Shown: positions 17,359 to 27,634, counted from the stretch's first letter. The stretch is DNA of 35,877 bases from Candidatus Zixiibacteriota bacterium (GCA_020058315.1 JAGVEK010000152.1:1-35877), one strand, 5' to 3'. The notes: generated by a model from the sequence alone, not told the origin. Numbers and translations: made by a program.

Positions 17359-17674
17359 GTTTTTCCTCCGTGCCACGAGGGCACCGCTCAAGTGATGGCG
17401 GTGCCCGAGCCGACGCGCAAAGGTATATCGGTCAGGCGCGGCGCTCTTTGGTTTTGATGTGATCTCATCTGCGCCGTTGATCGCCGATCCAAACGAACAG
17501 GATACGCGTTGTTCGGAACCTCGGACACACGCGGGTGGGTCTAACCTCAAACGGCGAGAAAACGCAAGAAATCGAGCATTCACTTGACTCACGCCTTCGG
17601 TCTGGGGCAAGGCATCCGAGCGCTGTATAATCCGACCTCGCGCGCGGCGAAGCCGGATTTTCGGAGAGCGTACT

Positions 17675-19270
17675 ATGGACGCGATAGGGGTCGTCGTAAC
17701 ATTCGCCATCGGGGTGACGGTGGGATGCGCGCTTGGGTGGATGTTGCTCCGGCAATCAGCCGCTAACGCCTTCCAGCGCGGACAAGCCGAAGGCGACGTC
17801 GAACTTGCCAAGCTGAACGAACGTCTAGCGGCGAAAGAGACCCAAGCAAGGGATCTTGTGGAGGCGCGTGACGCCTCGACCCGGCAGCTGGCACAACTTC
17901 AAACCGAGCTGAAGAACGAATCGGAACGTCGCGCGACTGCGGAGGAGAAGAACGCGCGATTGCCGCCATTAGAAGCGGCGATCGAAGTGCGAGATGGTCG
18001 GATCCAGGCCCTCACCGATGAGGCAGCCCTGCTAAGAGCTCGAGTCGCCCAACTCGAGACCAGGCTGGAGGAGGAACAAAAGGCCGCCGAGGCCAAGCTC
18101 TCGCTGCTCAATGACGCGCAGCAGAAACTGTCTGACGCCTTCAAAGCTCTGTCTGCCGATGCGTTGAACAGCAACAATCAGGCATTCATCGAACTGGCCA
18201 AAGCGACGTTGGAGAAGTTTCAGGAGGGCGCGAAAGGCGACCTTGAAAACCGCCAGAAGGCGATCGGCGACCTCGTCACACCGCTCAAAGAATCGCTCGA
18301 GAAGGTGGACACGAAGATCGCCGAACTCGAAAGGACTCGCGTCGGCGCCTATGCCGGACTCATCGAACAGGTCAAATCGCTTGCCACCACCCAACAGCAG
18401 CTCCAATTGCAGACCGGTAACTTGGTCACGGCCCTGCGGGCGCCGTCCGTCCGCGGTCGCTGGGGGGAGATCCAGCTTAAGCGCGTCGTCGAAATGGCCG
18501 GCATGATCGAATACTGCGACTTCGTCACGCAAGAGTCGGTCGAGTCATCCGACGGCAGGCTGCGACCGGACATGATAATCAAACTACCCAGCCGGAAAAA
18601 TGTAGTCGTCGATGCGAAGGCACCGCTCCAGGCTTATCTCGAGGCCCTGGAGGCCCAGGACGAAGCCGTTCGCCAGGTGAAGCTTAAGGATCACGCGGCA
18701 CAGGTGCGCGCCCATCTGACGAAACTCAGTAACAAGGGGTATTGGGACCAGTTCCAACCGGCGCCCGAGTTCGTGGTCCTATTCCTGCCCGGCGAAACTT
18801 TCTTCAGCGCCGCCCTGGAGCAGGATCCATCATTGATTGAGGCTGGCGTGGAGCAGCGTGTTATTCTCGCTACGCCGACGACACTCATTGCCCTTCTTCG
18901 TGCGGTGGCCTACGGCTGGCGGCAGGAACAGATCGCTGAGAACGCTCAAGCGATCAGCAATTTGGGCAAGATGCTGTATGACCGATTGCTCGTGTTTTCG
19001 GAACACCTTGCGGGGGTCGGCAAGGGCCTGGGCCACGCCATCGAGGACTACAACCGCGCGGTGGGCTCTTTCGAGGGTCGCGTCTTGGTGTCGGCCCGCA
19101 AGTTCAAGGATCTCGGAGCGGCTGCTGGCGACGACATCGAGCAGATCGAGATCATTGAGAAACAAACTCGCACTGTGCAGCAGGTCGACAACTTGCTTGT
19201 CGATCCGAACGCGAATGATCTTCTAGAGGGAGACGCCTATCAGCCAACCCGGCCGGTTAAGGAACCATGA
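17675..19270 (+). CDS. rmuC: DNA recombination protein RmuC (N-terminal TM, long coiled coil, RmuC nuclease-like domain)
   Basis: GGAGAG lies 6 nt upstream of the ATG. The N-terminal helix is [20 protein letters not shown], followed by ~230 aa of heptad-like E/A/L/K sequence. The RmuC core is [23 protein letters not shown]...[28 protein letters not shown]...LFLPGETFF. The stop overlaps the hsdM start (ATGA at 19267-19270). Confidence 0.85.
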   Translation: MDAIGVVVTFAIGVTVGCALGWMLLRQSAANAFQRGQAEGDVELAKLNERLAAKETQARDLVEARDASTRQLAQLQTELKNESERRATAEEKNARLPPLEAAIEVRDGRIQALTDEAALLRARVAQLETRLEEEQKAAEAKLSLLNDAQQKLSDAFKALSADALNSNNQAFIELAKATLEKFQEGAKGDLENRQKAIGDLVTPLKESLEKVDTKIAELERTRVGAYAGLIEQVKSLATTQQQLQLQTGNLVTALRAPSVRGRWGEIQLKRVVEMAGMIEYCDFVTQESVESSDGRLRPDMIIKLPSRKNVVVDAKAPLQAYLEALEAQDEAVRQVKLKDHAAQVRAHLTKLSNKGYWDQFQPAPEFVVLFLPGETFFSAALEQDPSLIEAGVEQRVILATPTTLIALLRAVAYGWRQEQIAENAQAISNLGKMLYDRLLVFSEHLAGVGKGLGHAIEDYNRAVGSFEGRVLVSARKFKDLGAAAGDDIEQIEIIEKQTRTVQQVDNLLVDPNANDLLEGDAYQPTRPVKEP

Positions 19271-21411
19271 CCAACGACGCATTCAAGGACATCGAGAGGC
19301 TCGAGTCGGACCTTTGGGAGGCGGCGGACAACCTCCGCGCTAACTCCAAGCTCACGTCCAGCGACTACTTCATGCCCGTGCTGGGCGTAATCTTCCTCCG
19401 CCACGCGGCCAACCGTTTTGAAACCGCGCACCGTCAAATCGAAGCCGATCGAGCAAGCGGCAAGATGCCCAAGCGCAAAGTGGTACCGGACGACTATATC
19501 GCCCGCCGGGCGCTCTTTCTACCTGAGAAGGCCCGCTACGACTGGATCATGCAGCAAGCGGCCGTGAGTGGTGCCGACCTCCCCACGCTCGTCACCGAGG
19601 CCATGACCGCCATCGAAGAGAAATTCGAGCCGCTCATCGGAGTTCTTCCGAAAGACTACGGCATATTCGAGTCCAGGGTGCTCGAAGACCTCATGCGGGG
19701 GTTCAACAGCGAGCAGATCAAGCAAGCCACGGGCGATGTGTTCGGCCGCATCTATGAATACTTCCTTGCCAAGTTCTCGATCCAAAAGGCGCACGACAAC
19801 GGCGAGTTCTTCACGCCATCGTCGATCGTCCAGACCATCGTCAACGTCATCGAGCCCGACCACGGCACCGTATTTGACCCGGCCTGCGGGTCGGGCGGCA
19901 TGTTCGTGCAGTCGAGCCATTTCATCGAGCACGAAGGCGGCGACACGGCAAAGAAGGTCGTCTTCTACGGCCAGGAGAAGAACCGCGACACCATCCGCAT
20001 CGCCAAGATGAACCTTGCCGTCCACGGTTTGGAGGGAAAGATCGCCGAGGCCATCACCTACTACCAGGACGACCACAACCTTGGCCCGAAGAGGGCGATG
20101 GAACCCGGTCGGTGCGACTTCCTAATGGCCAATCCGCCCTTCAACGTGGACCTGGTGGACGCCGAGCGCATCAAGGGCGATCCGAGACTGCCCTTCGGCC
20201 TGCCGGGCGTAAATAAGCAGAAGAAGGTGGGCAACGGCAACTACCTTTGGATCTCCTATTTCTGGAGCTATCTGAGCAAGAAGGGCCGCGCCGGCTTCGT
20301 AATGTCCTCCCAGGCATCCAGCGCCGGGCACGGTGAAAAGGAGGTGCGCCAGAAGATCGTCGAGACGGGCGACGTGGACGTAATGATCTCAATCCGCTCC
20401 AACTTCTTCTACACCCGCACCGTCCCCTGCGAGCTGTGGCACTTCGACCGGGCCAAGCCGCCCGAGCGCAAGGACAAGGTGCTCATGCTCGATGCGCGCA
20501 ACGTCTACCGGAAGGTCACGCGCAAAATCTACGACTTCTCGCCCGAGCAGATGCACAACCTCGCGGCGATCGTCTGGCTCTACCGCGGCCAGCGTGAACG
20601 GTTCCTTGCTCTGGTGAAAGACTACCTCCGCCGCGTTTGCGCCGAGAGCGCCGCCGTGCCGGGGGCGCTCGCCTCCTTCGAGACCACCCTCTCCGACCTG
20701 CGCGGACGCTTCGATGGATTGGCCAAGGCTGTGGCGAAGCATCCCGACCTCAATGCCGAAAAGAAAAAGCCCCTCGCCGATGCCGTCGCCGAACTGCGCG
20801 AGGCGTCCAAACTCTACGAGGCCGACGCGAAGAAGCTCCTCGCGAGCCTCACCGCCTTCGGCCGGAAATACGCCAAGGCACTTCCCGACAAGAACGACGC
20901 CCAACACGCGGCGCGCAAAGCGTTCGACCCCAGCGCGGAAGCTATACGCGGTTTGGTCAAGCAGGTGGACCTGCTGTACAAGCTCGCGGCTCGGGTGGCT
21001 GATCTGGGCGCCGAGATGGCGGGCGACGATGCGATCTCCGCCGCCTACGACCGCCGCGCCACCGGCCGGCTAATCAAGCAACTCGACGAGGAGCGCAAGG
21101 CCGCGGTCGAGCAATTGAAGCACGCCGTCTACTTCCACCGTCAGATGGTGTGGCTGCAGGACCGCTTTCCCAAGGCCGAGCTGCAAGCCGTGCCGGGGCT
21201 GGTCAAGCTGGTGGATCGCAAGGAGATCGCGGCCGCGGACTGGAGCCTCACCCCGGGCCGCTACGTCGGAGTCGCGCCGCCAGAGGAGGATGAGGACTTC
21301 GACTTCGAGCAGACCCTCCGCGACATCCACACCGAGCTGGCCGACCTCAACAAGGATGCGACGACGCTCGCGGCGACGATTCAGGAGAACTTCGAGGAGC
21401 TGGGAGCATGA
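19267..21411 (+). CDS. hsdM: type I restriction-modification N6-adenine DNA methyltransferase subunit M (long form, 714 aa)
   Basis: The AdoMet motif is [12 protein letters not shown] and the catalytic motif is NPPFN (LMANPPFNV). The N-terminal HsdM-N-like segment is [31 protein letters not shown]. The stop overlaps the hsdS start (ATGA at 21408-21411). Confidence 0.92.
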   Translation: MTNDAFKDIERLESDLWEAADNLRANSKLTSSDYFMPVLGVIFLRHAANRFETAHRQIEADRASGKMPKRKVVPDDYIARRALFLPEKARYDWIMQQAAVSGADLPTLVTEAMTAIEEKFEPLIGVLPKDYGIFESRVLEDLMRGFNSEQIKQATGDVFGRIYEYFLAKFSIQKAHDNGEFFTPSSIVQTIVNVIEPDHGTVFDPACGSGGMFVQSSHFIEHEGGDTAKKVVFYGQEKNRDTIRIAKMNLAVHGLEGKIAEAITYYQDDHNLGPKRAMEPGRCDFLMANPPFNVDLVDAERIKGDPRLPFGLPGVNKQKKVGNGNYLWISYFWSYLSKKGRAGFVMSSQASSAGHGEKEVRQKIVETGDVDVMISIRSNFFYTRTVPCELWHFDRAKPPERKDKVLMLDARNVYRKVTRKIYDFSPEQMHNLAAIVWLYRGQRERFLALVKDYLRRVCAESAAVPGALASFETTLSDLRGRFDGLAKAVAKHPDLNAEKKKPLADAVAELREASKLYEADAKKLLASLTAFGRKYAKALPDKNDAQHAARKAFDPSAEAIRGLVKQVDLLYKLAARVADLGAEMAGDDAISAAYDRRATGRLIKQLDEERKAAVEQLKHAVYFHRQMVWLQDRFPKAELQAVPGLVKLVDRKEIAAADWSLTPGRYVGVAPPEEDEDFDFEQTLRDIHTELADLNKDATTLAATIQENFEELGA

Positions 21412-22556
21412 CTTGGCGCGCATCCCGGCTCGGAGATGTTCTGACGCTTAAGCGTGGGCACGATCTTCCCGACTCGCAGCGACAGGACGGCGATGTTCCG
21501 GTTGTTTCTTCGTCTGGAATCACCGGCCGCCACAGCGAATCCAAGGCGAAAGCCCCGGGTGTTGTGACCGGCCGCTACGGCACGCTCGGCGAGGTGTTCT
21601 ATGTTGAAGAGGATTACTGGCCGCTGAACACGGCGCTCTACGTCACGGACTTCAAGGGCAATCACCCGCGCTTTGTCGCTTACTTTCTTCAGGGCGTTTT
21701 ACGAAATTATCAAAGCGACAAGGCAGCGGTGCCCGGCGTTAATCGCAACGTTCTACATGAACTGAAAGTGCGGTCCCCAGATACGAAGGCTCAGGAGCGA
21801 ATCGCGGACATCCTTTCCGCCTATGACGACCTGATTGAGAACAACCGGCGGCGGATGGCGCTGTTGGAGGAGGCGGCGCAGCACCTCTACCGCGAGTGGT
21901 TCGTCCGCCTCCGCTTCCCCGGCCACGAGCACGCCCGCATCGCCGACGGCGTGCCGAACGGGTGGCAGCGCCGCACTTTCGCCGAGGCTTATTCAAGTCT
22001 TGAAGACGGCGACTGGATCGAGACCAAGGACCAAGGTGGCGATGATTTTCGATTGCTCCAGATCTCGAACATCGGAATCAACGAGTTCGTCGAGACTGGC
22101 AACTTTCGGTATGTCACCGAGGAGACGTTTAAGCGACTCAACTGCCGAGAGATCCTCCCAGGCCATATCCTGATCGCGCGGATGCCGAAGCCCATTGGAA
22201 GGGCATGGCTGGTTATGGAAATGCCTTGGCGCATGATCACCGCCGTGGACGCGGCAATCGCTGTCGCCAACGAAGAACTGGCGGATGCATATTTTCTGAC
22301 GCACTACCTCAACGCGCCTGCGAGCCTTGAGCACTGCGAGCGCAGGGCAGTGGGCGCAACGCGCCCACGAATCGCAAGACGTGAACTGGCCGGGCTGCCT
22401 CTGCTGCTCCCGCCACGCCAACTTCAGAGGCACTTCCGCGAGTTTGCCGAACCTCTGAATTGTCTGCGAGCCGTTCTCTATCGGCAGAACGAGAAGCTCC
22501 GCGCCGCCCGCGACCTGCTGCTGCCGCGACTTATGGGCGGAGAGATCGCGGTCTGA
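21408..22556 (+). CDS. hsdS: type I restriction-modification specificity subunit S (two target-recognition domains)
   Basis: The central conserved helix is ILSAYDDLIENNRRRMALLEEAAQHLYREWFVRLRFPGHE and the C-terminal conserved helix is LYRQNEKLRAARDLLLPRLMGGEI. Each is preceded by a variable ~130-150-aa region. It is translationally coupled to hsdM. Confidence 0.88.
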   Translation: MTWRASRLGDVLTLKRGHDLPDSQRQDGDVPVVSSSGITGRHSESKAKAPGVVTGRYGTLGEVFYVEEDYWPLNTALYVTDFKGNHPRFVAYFLQGVLRNYQSDKAAVPGVNRNVLHELKVRSPDTKAQERIADILSAYDDLIENNRRRMALLEEAAQHLYREWFVRLRFPGHEHARIADGVPNGWQRRTFAEAYSSLEDGDWIETKDQGGDDFRLLQISNIGINEFVETGNFRYVTEETFKRLNCREILPGHILIARMPKPIGRAWLVMEMPWRMITAVDAAIAVANEELADAYFLTHYLNAPASLEHCERRAVGATRPRIARRELAGLPLLLPPRQLQRHFREFAEPLNCLRAVLYRQNEKLRAARDLLLPRLMGGEIAV

Positions 22557-22655
22557 GCCGAGGAAAGTGCCCCGAAAATCGCGATTCGACACAAAAACCG
22601 CCGTTTAGTTAAAGTATACTTGCCTTGTTTGCCGTTTTCTGGTTGAATGCCTTGA

Positions 22656-24110
22656 ATGATCGCTTCACAACCGGAGCTTTTCGCCGTCCTTCGTCAGTAT
22701 AACCCGTGGTGGGCGGGCGGGCGTTCCGCAGATTTACCGGGCTGGCGGCGGGCTGCGTTTCGAGAGATCGCGGCCTGGATGGAAAACCCACCGGCCGGGC
22801 GGGCGCTGCTGCTTTCGGGCGCGCGACAAGTAGGCAAGACGACCCTGTTCCTTCAGGCGATCGACACATTGCTCGACCGTGGTGTGCCGCCGACCAACGT
22901 CCTCTACGCAACCTTTGACCATCCGCTCTTTAAGCTCGTGGGGCTCGAGGCGCTCGTGCGGTTGTGGCGGGAGTTCGAGCCGGCACGGGAGGGGCCGGAG
23001 TATCTCTTTCTCGACGAAATCCAGATGACCAAAGATTGGCAAACCTGGATCAAGCACCAGGTGGATTTCGAGAAGCGGCGGCGAGTCGCGGTAACAGGAT
23101 CGGCCACACCGCTGGTCACGGAGGGACAGGAATCGGGCGTGGGCCGCTGGCAGACGATCCGGCTCGCGACGCTTTCGTTCTACGAATACCTGCAACTGAA
23201 GAAACTGCCTACCCCCGCGCTTCCGGCGGTGACGTCGCTACGCGAGGTGTTCGACTGGCAGGCAGCACGGTTCGCGCGCGTGGCGGAGGAGGCGCGGCCG
23301 CTTGCGGGGTTGTTTCACGACTATCTGTTGCGGGGTGGTTTTCCGCAGAGCGCCCTCCTGGAAAGCATCCCGCTCGCGCAGAAGCTCCTTCGTGAAGACA
23401 TCGTGGACAAGGTGCTCAAGCGCGACATGACGGCGCTCTTCGGCGTGCGCCGCGTGCTGGAGTTGGAACACGTTTTTCTCTACCTCTGCTTGCACGATGG
23501 CGGGCAACTCGACCTGCCACAGTTGTGCGCCGGCCTGCAATTGAAGCGGCCCACGGTGAGCAGTTTCATCGACCTCCTGGAAGCGACGCACCTCATCTAC
23601 CGGCTCATGCCCTTCGGCTACGGGAAACAGGTGTTACGCGGGCGGCCCAAAATCTATCTCGCCGACGCCGCCATCGCGCCTGGTGTGCTGCTCAAGGGAA
23701 AAGCTCTTTTGGAAGACGCGGACGGGCTGGCACGCGCGGTGGAAACAGCGTTCTTCAAGCACGTTTTCACGCGCTACTATGCGCGAAGCATCGGTTTTTC
23801 TTATTGGCGCGGGAAGCAGGACCGCGAGGTGGACATTATCGCAGACCTCGATGGTCAACTCGTGCCGTTCGAGGTGAAATATCGCGGCGCTGCGCACACC
23901 GGCGTGGGCGACCTGAAGGGCATGATGGAGTTTTGCGCTACGCATGGAGTGGAACGGGGGTATGTCATTACGCGGGAACTAACGGACTTCGGGGTGCATG
24001 CCGTCGAGCGCGGGTCCACTCGCACGCGGCTCTTGAAGATTCCCGCGCCACTCGCTTGTTACTGGCTCGGGCGTTCCGAGCTAGAATCCGTCTCCGCGGA
24101 GGGCGCCTGA
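22656..24110 (+). CDS. AAA-type ATPase of the AAA_14/DUF4143 kind, embedded between hsdS and hsdR
   Basis: It has the N-terminal YNPWW motif, Walker A GARQVGKTTLF and Walker B-like YLFLDEIQ. The C-terminal region (WRGKQDREVDIIA...VPFEVKY) resembles the DUF4143 nuclease-like tail. The stop lies 1 nt before the hsdR ATG. Confidence 0.8.
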   Translation: MIASQPELFAVLRQYNPWWAGGRSADLPGWRRAAFREIAAWMENPPAGRALLLSGARQVGKTTLFLQAIDTLLDRGVPPTNVLYATFDHPLFKLVGLEALVRLWREFEPAREGPEYLFLDEIQMTKDWQTWIKHQVDFEKRRRVAVTGSATPLVTEGQESGVGRWQTIRLATLSFYEYLQLKKLPTPALPAVTSLREVFDWQAARFARVAEEARPLAGLFHDYLLRGGFPQSALLESIPLAQKLLREDIVDKVLKRDMTALFGVRRVLELEHVFLYLCLHDGGQLDLPQLCAGLQLKRPTVSSFIDLLEATHLIYRLMPFGYGKQVLRGRPKIYLADAAIAPGVLLKGKALLEDADGLARAVETAFFKHVFTRYYARSIGFSYWRGKQDREVDIIADLDGQLVPFEVKYRGAAHTGVGDLKGMMEFCATHGVERGYVITRELTDFGVHAVERGSTRTRLLKIPAPLACYWLGRSELESVSAEGA

Positions 24111-24111
24111 A

Positions 24112-27100
24112 ATGGCTCTCACCGACATCAACAGCGAAGACCGGCTCGTCCAGGAGACTTTCGCCAGCCATTTGCGCGACAAGCTCGGTTGGGAGAGCGT
24201 CTACGCCTACAACGTCGAGACCTTCGGGCCGCAGGGCACTTTGGGCCGGGCATCGGAGCGCGACGTGGTGCTGGTGCGGGACCTGCGGGCGGCATTCGCG
24301 CGCCTGAACCCGGACCTTCCGCAATCGGCGCGCGAACAGGCGGTCGAGAAGATCTGCCGCATCGACTTCGCCCGCTCACTGATCCAGCACAACCGGGAGT
24401 GCTACGGCTTTATTCGCGACGGTGTGCCGGTGGAATGGCGGGACGCGAGTGGCGAGACCCGGCACGCGCATGCGTATGTGATCGACTTCCGCAACGTCGC
24501 TAACAACCGCTTCCTCGCCGTGCGCGAGCTGAAGGTGCAGGGCGTGCGCGTGCCGCACTACAACCGGCGCGCCGATCTGGTGTGCTTCGTGAACGGCCTG
24601 CCGCTGGTCTTCATCGAGTTGAAAGCGGTCTATCGGAACATCCGCGCGGGCTTCGACGACAACCTGACCGACTACCTCACCGAGCACAGCATCGCCCACG
24701 CCTTCCATCACAACGCCTTCCTCATCGTGAGCAACGGGGACGAGGCCCGCTACGGCTCAATCACCAGCAAGTGGGACCACTTCGTTGAATGGAAGCGAAA
24801 CTCCGAGACGGAGAAGGGTCGCGTGGATGCCGAAGCGCTGCTCGATGGGATGCTCGCGAAAGACCGACTCCTAGATCTGGTCGAGAACTTCGTCCTGTTT
24901 GACGACAGCCGGGCTGGCGGCACGCGCAAAATTGTCGCTCGCAACCATCAGGTGCTCGGCGTGAACAACGCGGTCGGCTCGGTTCAGCGACAGGAGGAGC
25001 TTAAGAAGAAGTTTCCGCCGGAACAGCGTCTGCTTTATCGCACGGCAATCGTCGAGCAGAAGCTCCTACCCGAAGGTGAAACCGAATACGCTCACGCGCT
25101 CCAAATGCCGACGAAAGCTCTTGAACTACCCCTCATCGAAAAGGCGCATCCCGATCTCGGTCGACTGGGCGTTTTCTGGCACACGCAAGGCAGCGGCAAG
25201 TCGTACTCGATGGCGTTCTTCGCCGAAAAGGTGCGGCGCGTCGTACCCGGCAACTTTACGTTTCTGGTGATGACCGATCGGGAGGATTTGGATACCCAGA
25301 TCTGGCGCACGTTTATTGGAAGCGGTGTGACCGACGAGAAGACGCCGCGAGCCAGCTCGGGCAAGGAGCTGCAGGATATTCTGCGCGGCAATCACCGCTT
25401 TGTCTTCAGCCTGATCCACAAGTTTAACCAGCCCGTGACCGAGCCCTACAGCGTGCGCGACGACATCATCGTCATCTCGGACGAAGCGCATCGCACCCAG
25501 GCCGGCAAGTTCGCGCGCAACATGCGGCTGGCGCTGCCCAACGCTTCGTTCATCGGCTTCACCGGCACGCCGCTCTTCAAACACGACGAGCTGACCAGAC
25601 GGATCTTCGGCGACTACGTGTCGCGCTACGATTTCAAGCGTTCGGAAGAAGACCAGTCCACCGTTAAGTTGGTCTACGAGAGCCGGGGCGAGAAGCTGGG
25701 GATCGCGAGGCTCGACCTCAACGATCGGATTGCGGACGCGATCGAAAAAGCTGAACTCGACCCCGACCAATCCGCGCTGATTGAGAAGTTGCTCGGCAAA
25801 GACTACGAAGTCATTACCGCCGACGACCGTTTAGACAAGCTGGCCGAAGACTTTGTCGAACATTGCTCAACCCGCTGGGAGACGGGAAAGTCGATGTTTG
25901 TCTGCATCGACAAGATCACATGCGCGCGGATGTTTCAACGCATTGAGCCGCGCTGGCGGGCCAAGCTCGCCCAGCTCCAAGGGCTCATCCTCGGCAGGGA
26001 GGCGGAGCTCAGCGCCGCCACCGACCCCGATATCCTCGAGCGTGTGACGGCGCAACTCAAGGGACTGCGCAGCCAAGCGCAGTGGATGGAGAGCACGATC
26101 ATCGAGATCGTCATCAGCGAAGCGCAGAACGAGGTGCGCGACTTCCAGAAGTGGGGCTTCGACATCATCCCGCACCGAGTAGTGATGAAGACCGGTTTCC
26201 AAACGCCCGACGGGAAGCGCGTTCCGGTCGAGGACGCCTTCAAGGACCCGCAGCACCCATTCCGCGTCGCGATCGTCTGCGCGATGTGGCTGACCGGGTT
26301 CGACGTGGAGTGCCTCGCGACGCTCTACATCGACAAACCGATGAGGGCGCACAACCTGATGCAGGCCATCGCTCGCGCCAATCGGATTTATCCGGGCAAG
26401 GTCTGCGGCGTCATCGTCGACTACAACGGCATGCTTAAGAGTCTTCGTGAGGCGCTGGCACAGTACGCCCTGGGCGACGAGGACGACGGTAGCGGAGCCG
26501 GGGCCATTGTGGCCCCGATTGAGGTACTGGTCGCGGGACTGCTTCAAGCGATAGAGGCAGCAGAGAAGCACTTGCTTGGACTCGGTTTCGACGCGACCCG
26601 TCTTTGCGGGGCAACGGGGTTTGACCGAATCGAAGCCCTTCGGGACGCGGTGGACGGGCTCTACACCTCGGACGAGGCCAAACGCCGGTTCGAGATCATG
26701 GCCCGACAGGTGTTCATTCGCTTCAAGTCGCTTCTCATGGAGCCAAGCGCTTATGCCCTTGCAGAACGTCACGATAACATCGAGGCCATTTACAAAAAGT
26801 TGCAGGACAGACGCGACACGGCCGACGTGACCGAAGTGCTCAAGGAGCTGCACCGGATCGTCAACGAGGCTATCCGCGCCGCGGCGCCCGATGCGGACCA
26901 CGCGGAAGGGCTTAAGGTGGACCTAAGCCAGGTCGACTTCGCGAAGCTCCGCAAGGAGTTCGCAAGCAAGGTGCGCCACAAGCATGTTGCGCTTCAGGAC
27001 ATCCGCGACGTAGTCGAGAAAAAGCTCGCGCAAATGCTCGCCCGCAACCCAATGCGGATGGATTACTACAAGAAGTACCAGGACATTATCGCAGACTACA

Positions 27101-27510
27101 ATCGTGAGAAAGATCGGGCGACGGTCGAGGCCACCTTCGCGCAGCTCGTCGCGCTCGCCGCGAGTCTTGACGCGGAACAACGACGGGCGGCCGACGAAGG
27201 CCTCAGCGAAGACGAGCTGGCGCTGTTCGACCTTTTGTTCAAAGAGAGGATCAGCAAGGTGGACCGTGAGCGTGTCAAACAGGCGAGCAAGACTTTGCTT
27301 TCGTCGCTTCGGAAGCTTCTCGAACCGATTCAGGACTGGACTCAAAAGACTGCGACACAGGCAGAAGTAAAGGTCTTCATCCTCGACAATGTGTATCAAG
27401 CATTGCCCCGGCCACCGTTCACCGAAGCCGAGGCTGAGGAGATCGCCGCCCGTGTGTACGAATACGTCTGGCAGCGCAGCGCGAGTGGGGACGATCTGCT
27501 TGCGGCGTAA
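24112..27510 (+). CDS. hsdR: type I restriction endonuclease subunit R
   Basis: The N-terminal PD-(D/E)xK motif is RADLVCFVNGLPLVFIELKA. The helicase motifs are HTQGSGKSYSM (Walker A) and VISDEAHRTQ (DEAH), followed by GFTGTP and QAIARANR (motif VI). Confidence 0.93.
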   Translation: MALTDINSEDRLVQETFASHLRDKLGWESVYAYNVETFGPQGTLGRASERDVVLVRDLRAAFARLNPDLPQSAREQAVEKICRIDFARSLIQHNRECYGFIRDGVPVEWRDASGETRHAHAYVIDFRNVANNRFLAVRELKVQGVRVPHYNRRADLVCFVNGLPLVFIELKAVYRNIRAGFDDNLTDYLTEHSIAHAFHHNAFLIVSNGDEARYGSITSKWDHFVEWKRNSETEKGRVDAEALLDGMLAKDRLLDLVENFVLFDDSRAGGTRKIVARNHQVLGVNNAVGSVQRQEELKKKFPPEQRLLYRTAIVEQKLLPEGETEYAHALQMPTKALELPLIEKAHPDLGRLGVFWHTQGSGKSYSMAFFAEKVRRVVPGNFTFLVMTDREDLDTQIWRTFIGSGVTDEKTPRASSGKELQDILRGNHRFVFSLIHKFNQPVTEPYSVRDDIIVISDEAHRTQAGKFARNMRLALPNASFIGFTGTPLFKHDELTRRIFGDYVSRYDFKRSEEDQSTVKLVYESRGEKLGIARLDLNDRIADAIEKAELDPDQSALIEKLLGKDYEVITADDRLDKLAEDFVEHCSTRWETGKSMFVCIDKITCARMFQRIEPRWRAKLAQLQGLILGREAELSAATDPDILERVTAQLKGLRSQAQWMESTIIEIVISEAQNEVRDFQKWGFDIIPHRVVMKTGFQTPDGKRVPVEDAFKDPQHPFRVAIVCAMWLTGFDVECLATLYIDKPMRAHNLMQAIARANRIYPGKVCGVIVDYNGMLKSLREALAQYALGDEDDGSGAGAIVAPIEVLVAGLLQAIEAAEKHLLGLGFDATRLCGATGFDRIEALRDAVDGLYTSDEAKRRFEIMARQVFIRFKSLLMEPSAYALAERHDNIEAIYKKLQDRRDTADVTEVLKELHRIVNEAIRAAAPDADHAEGLKVDLSQVDFAKLRKEFASKVRHKHVALQDIRDVVEKKLAQMLARNPMRMDYYKKYQDIIADYNREKDRATVEATFAQLVALAASLDAEQRRAADEGLSEDELALFDLLFKERISKVDRERVKQASKTLLSSLRKLLEPIQDWTQKTATQAEVKVFILDNVYQALPRPPFTEAEAEEIAARVYEYVWQRSASGDDLLAA

Positions 27511-27634
27511 AGGTCCGAATCCACGAACAGGATGTGGCGTACACCCCACGCTGCCCCGGAACCGAACCCGTCGCAGGCAAGTGTGCGTCTTCAAACAGAC
27601 AGTTGTAGTGACGGATGGCGATGCTCCCCAGCAG

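Noticed and set aside
16620-17462. Long ORFs in the 16.8-17.5 kb gap (172 and 168 aa on the minus strand; 224 aa on the plus strand).
   Set aside because: They mutually overlap in different frames, have Arg/Pro/Ser-rich nonsense-like composition and lack SD sites. Only the 39-aa tail at 17239-17358 has a convincing start.
17584-17631. Perfect TTGACT (17584-17589) and TATAAT (17626-17631) upstream of rmuC as a sigma-70 promoter.
   Set aside because: The hexamers are 36 nt apart, far from the 16-18 nt optimum, and no -35-like element lies at the right distance from the TATAAT. The TATAAT alone might still serve as a -10 box, but I cannot support a call.
25867-26901. 344-aa minus-strand ORF inside hsdR.
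   Set aside because: It is antisense to a gene with unambiguous helicase motifs, and it has the Arg/Leu/Val/Asp-rich composition typical of shadow ORFs in GC-rich DNA. The same reasoning applies to 25126-25770, 19519-20076, 20389-20907 and 21993-22592 (all minus strand).
27511-27530. GGTCCGAATCC after the hsdR stop as a second tRNA-like att remnant matching 17075-17100.
   Set aside because: It has one mismatch to the T-loop consensus, only about 10 of 13 identities to the other site, and no acceptor-like continuation. That is too weak to call a direct repeat.
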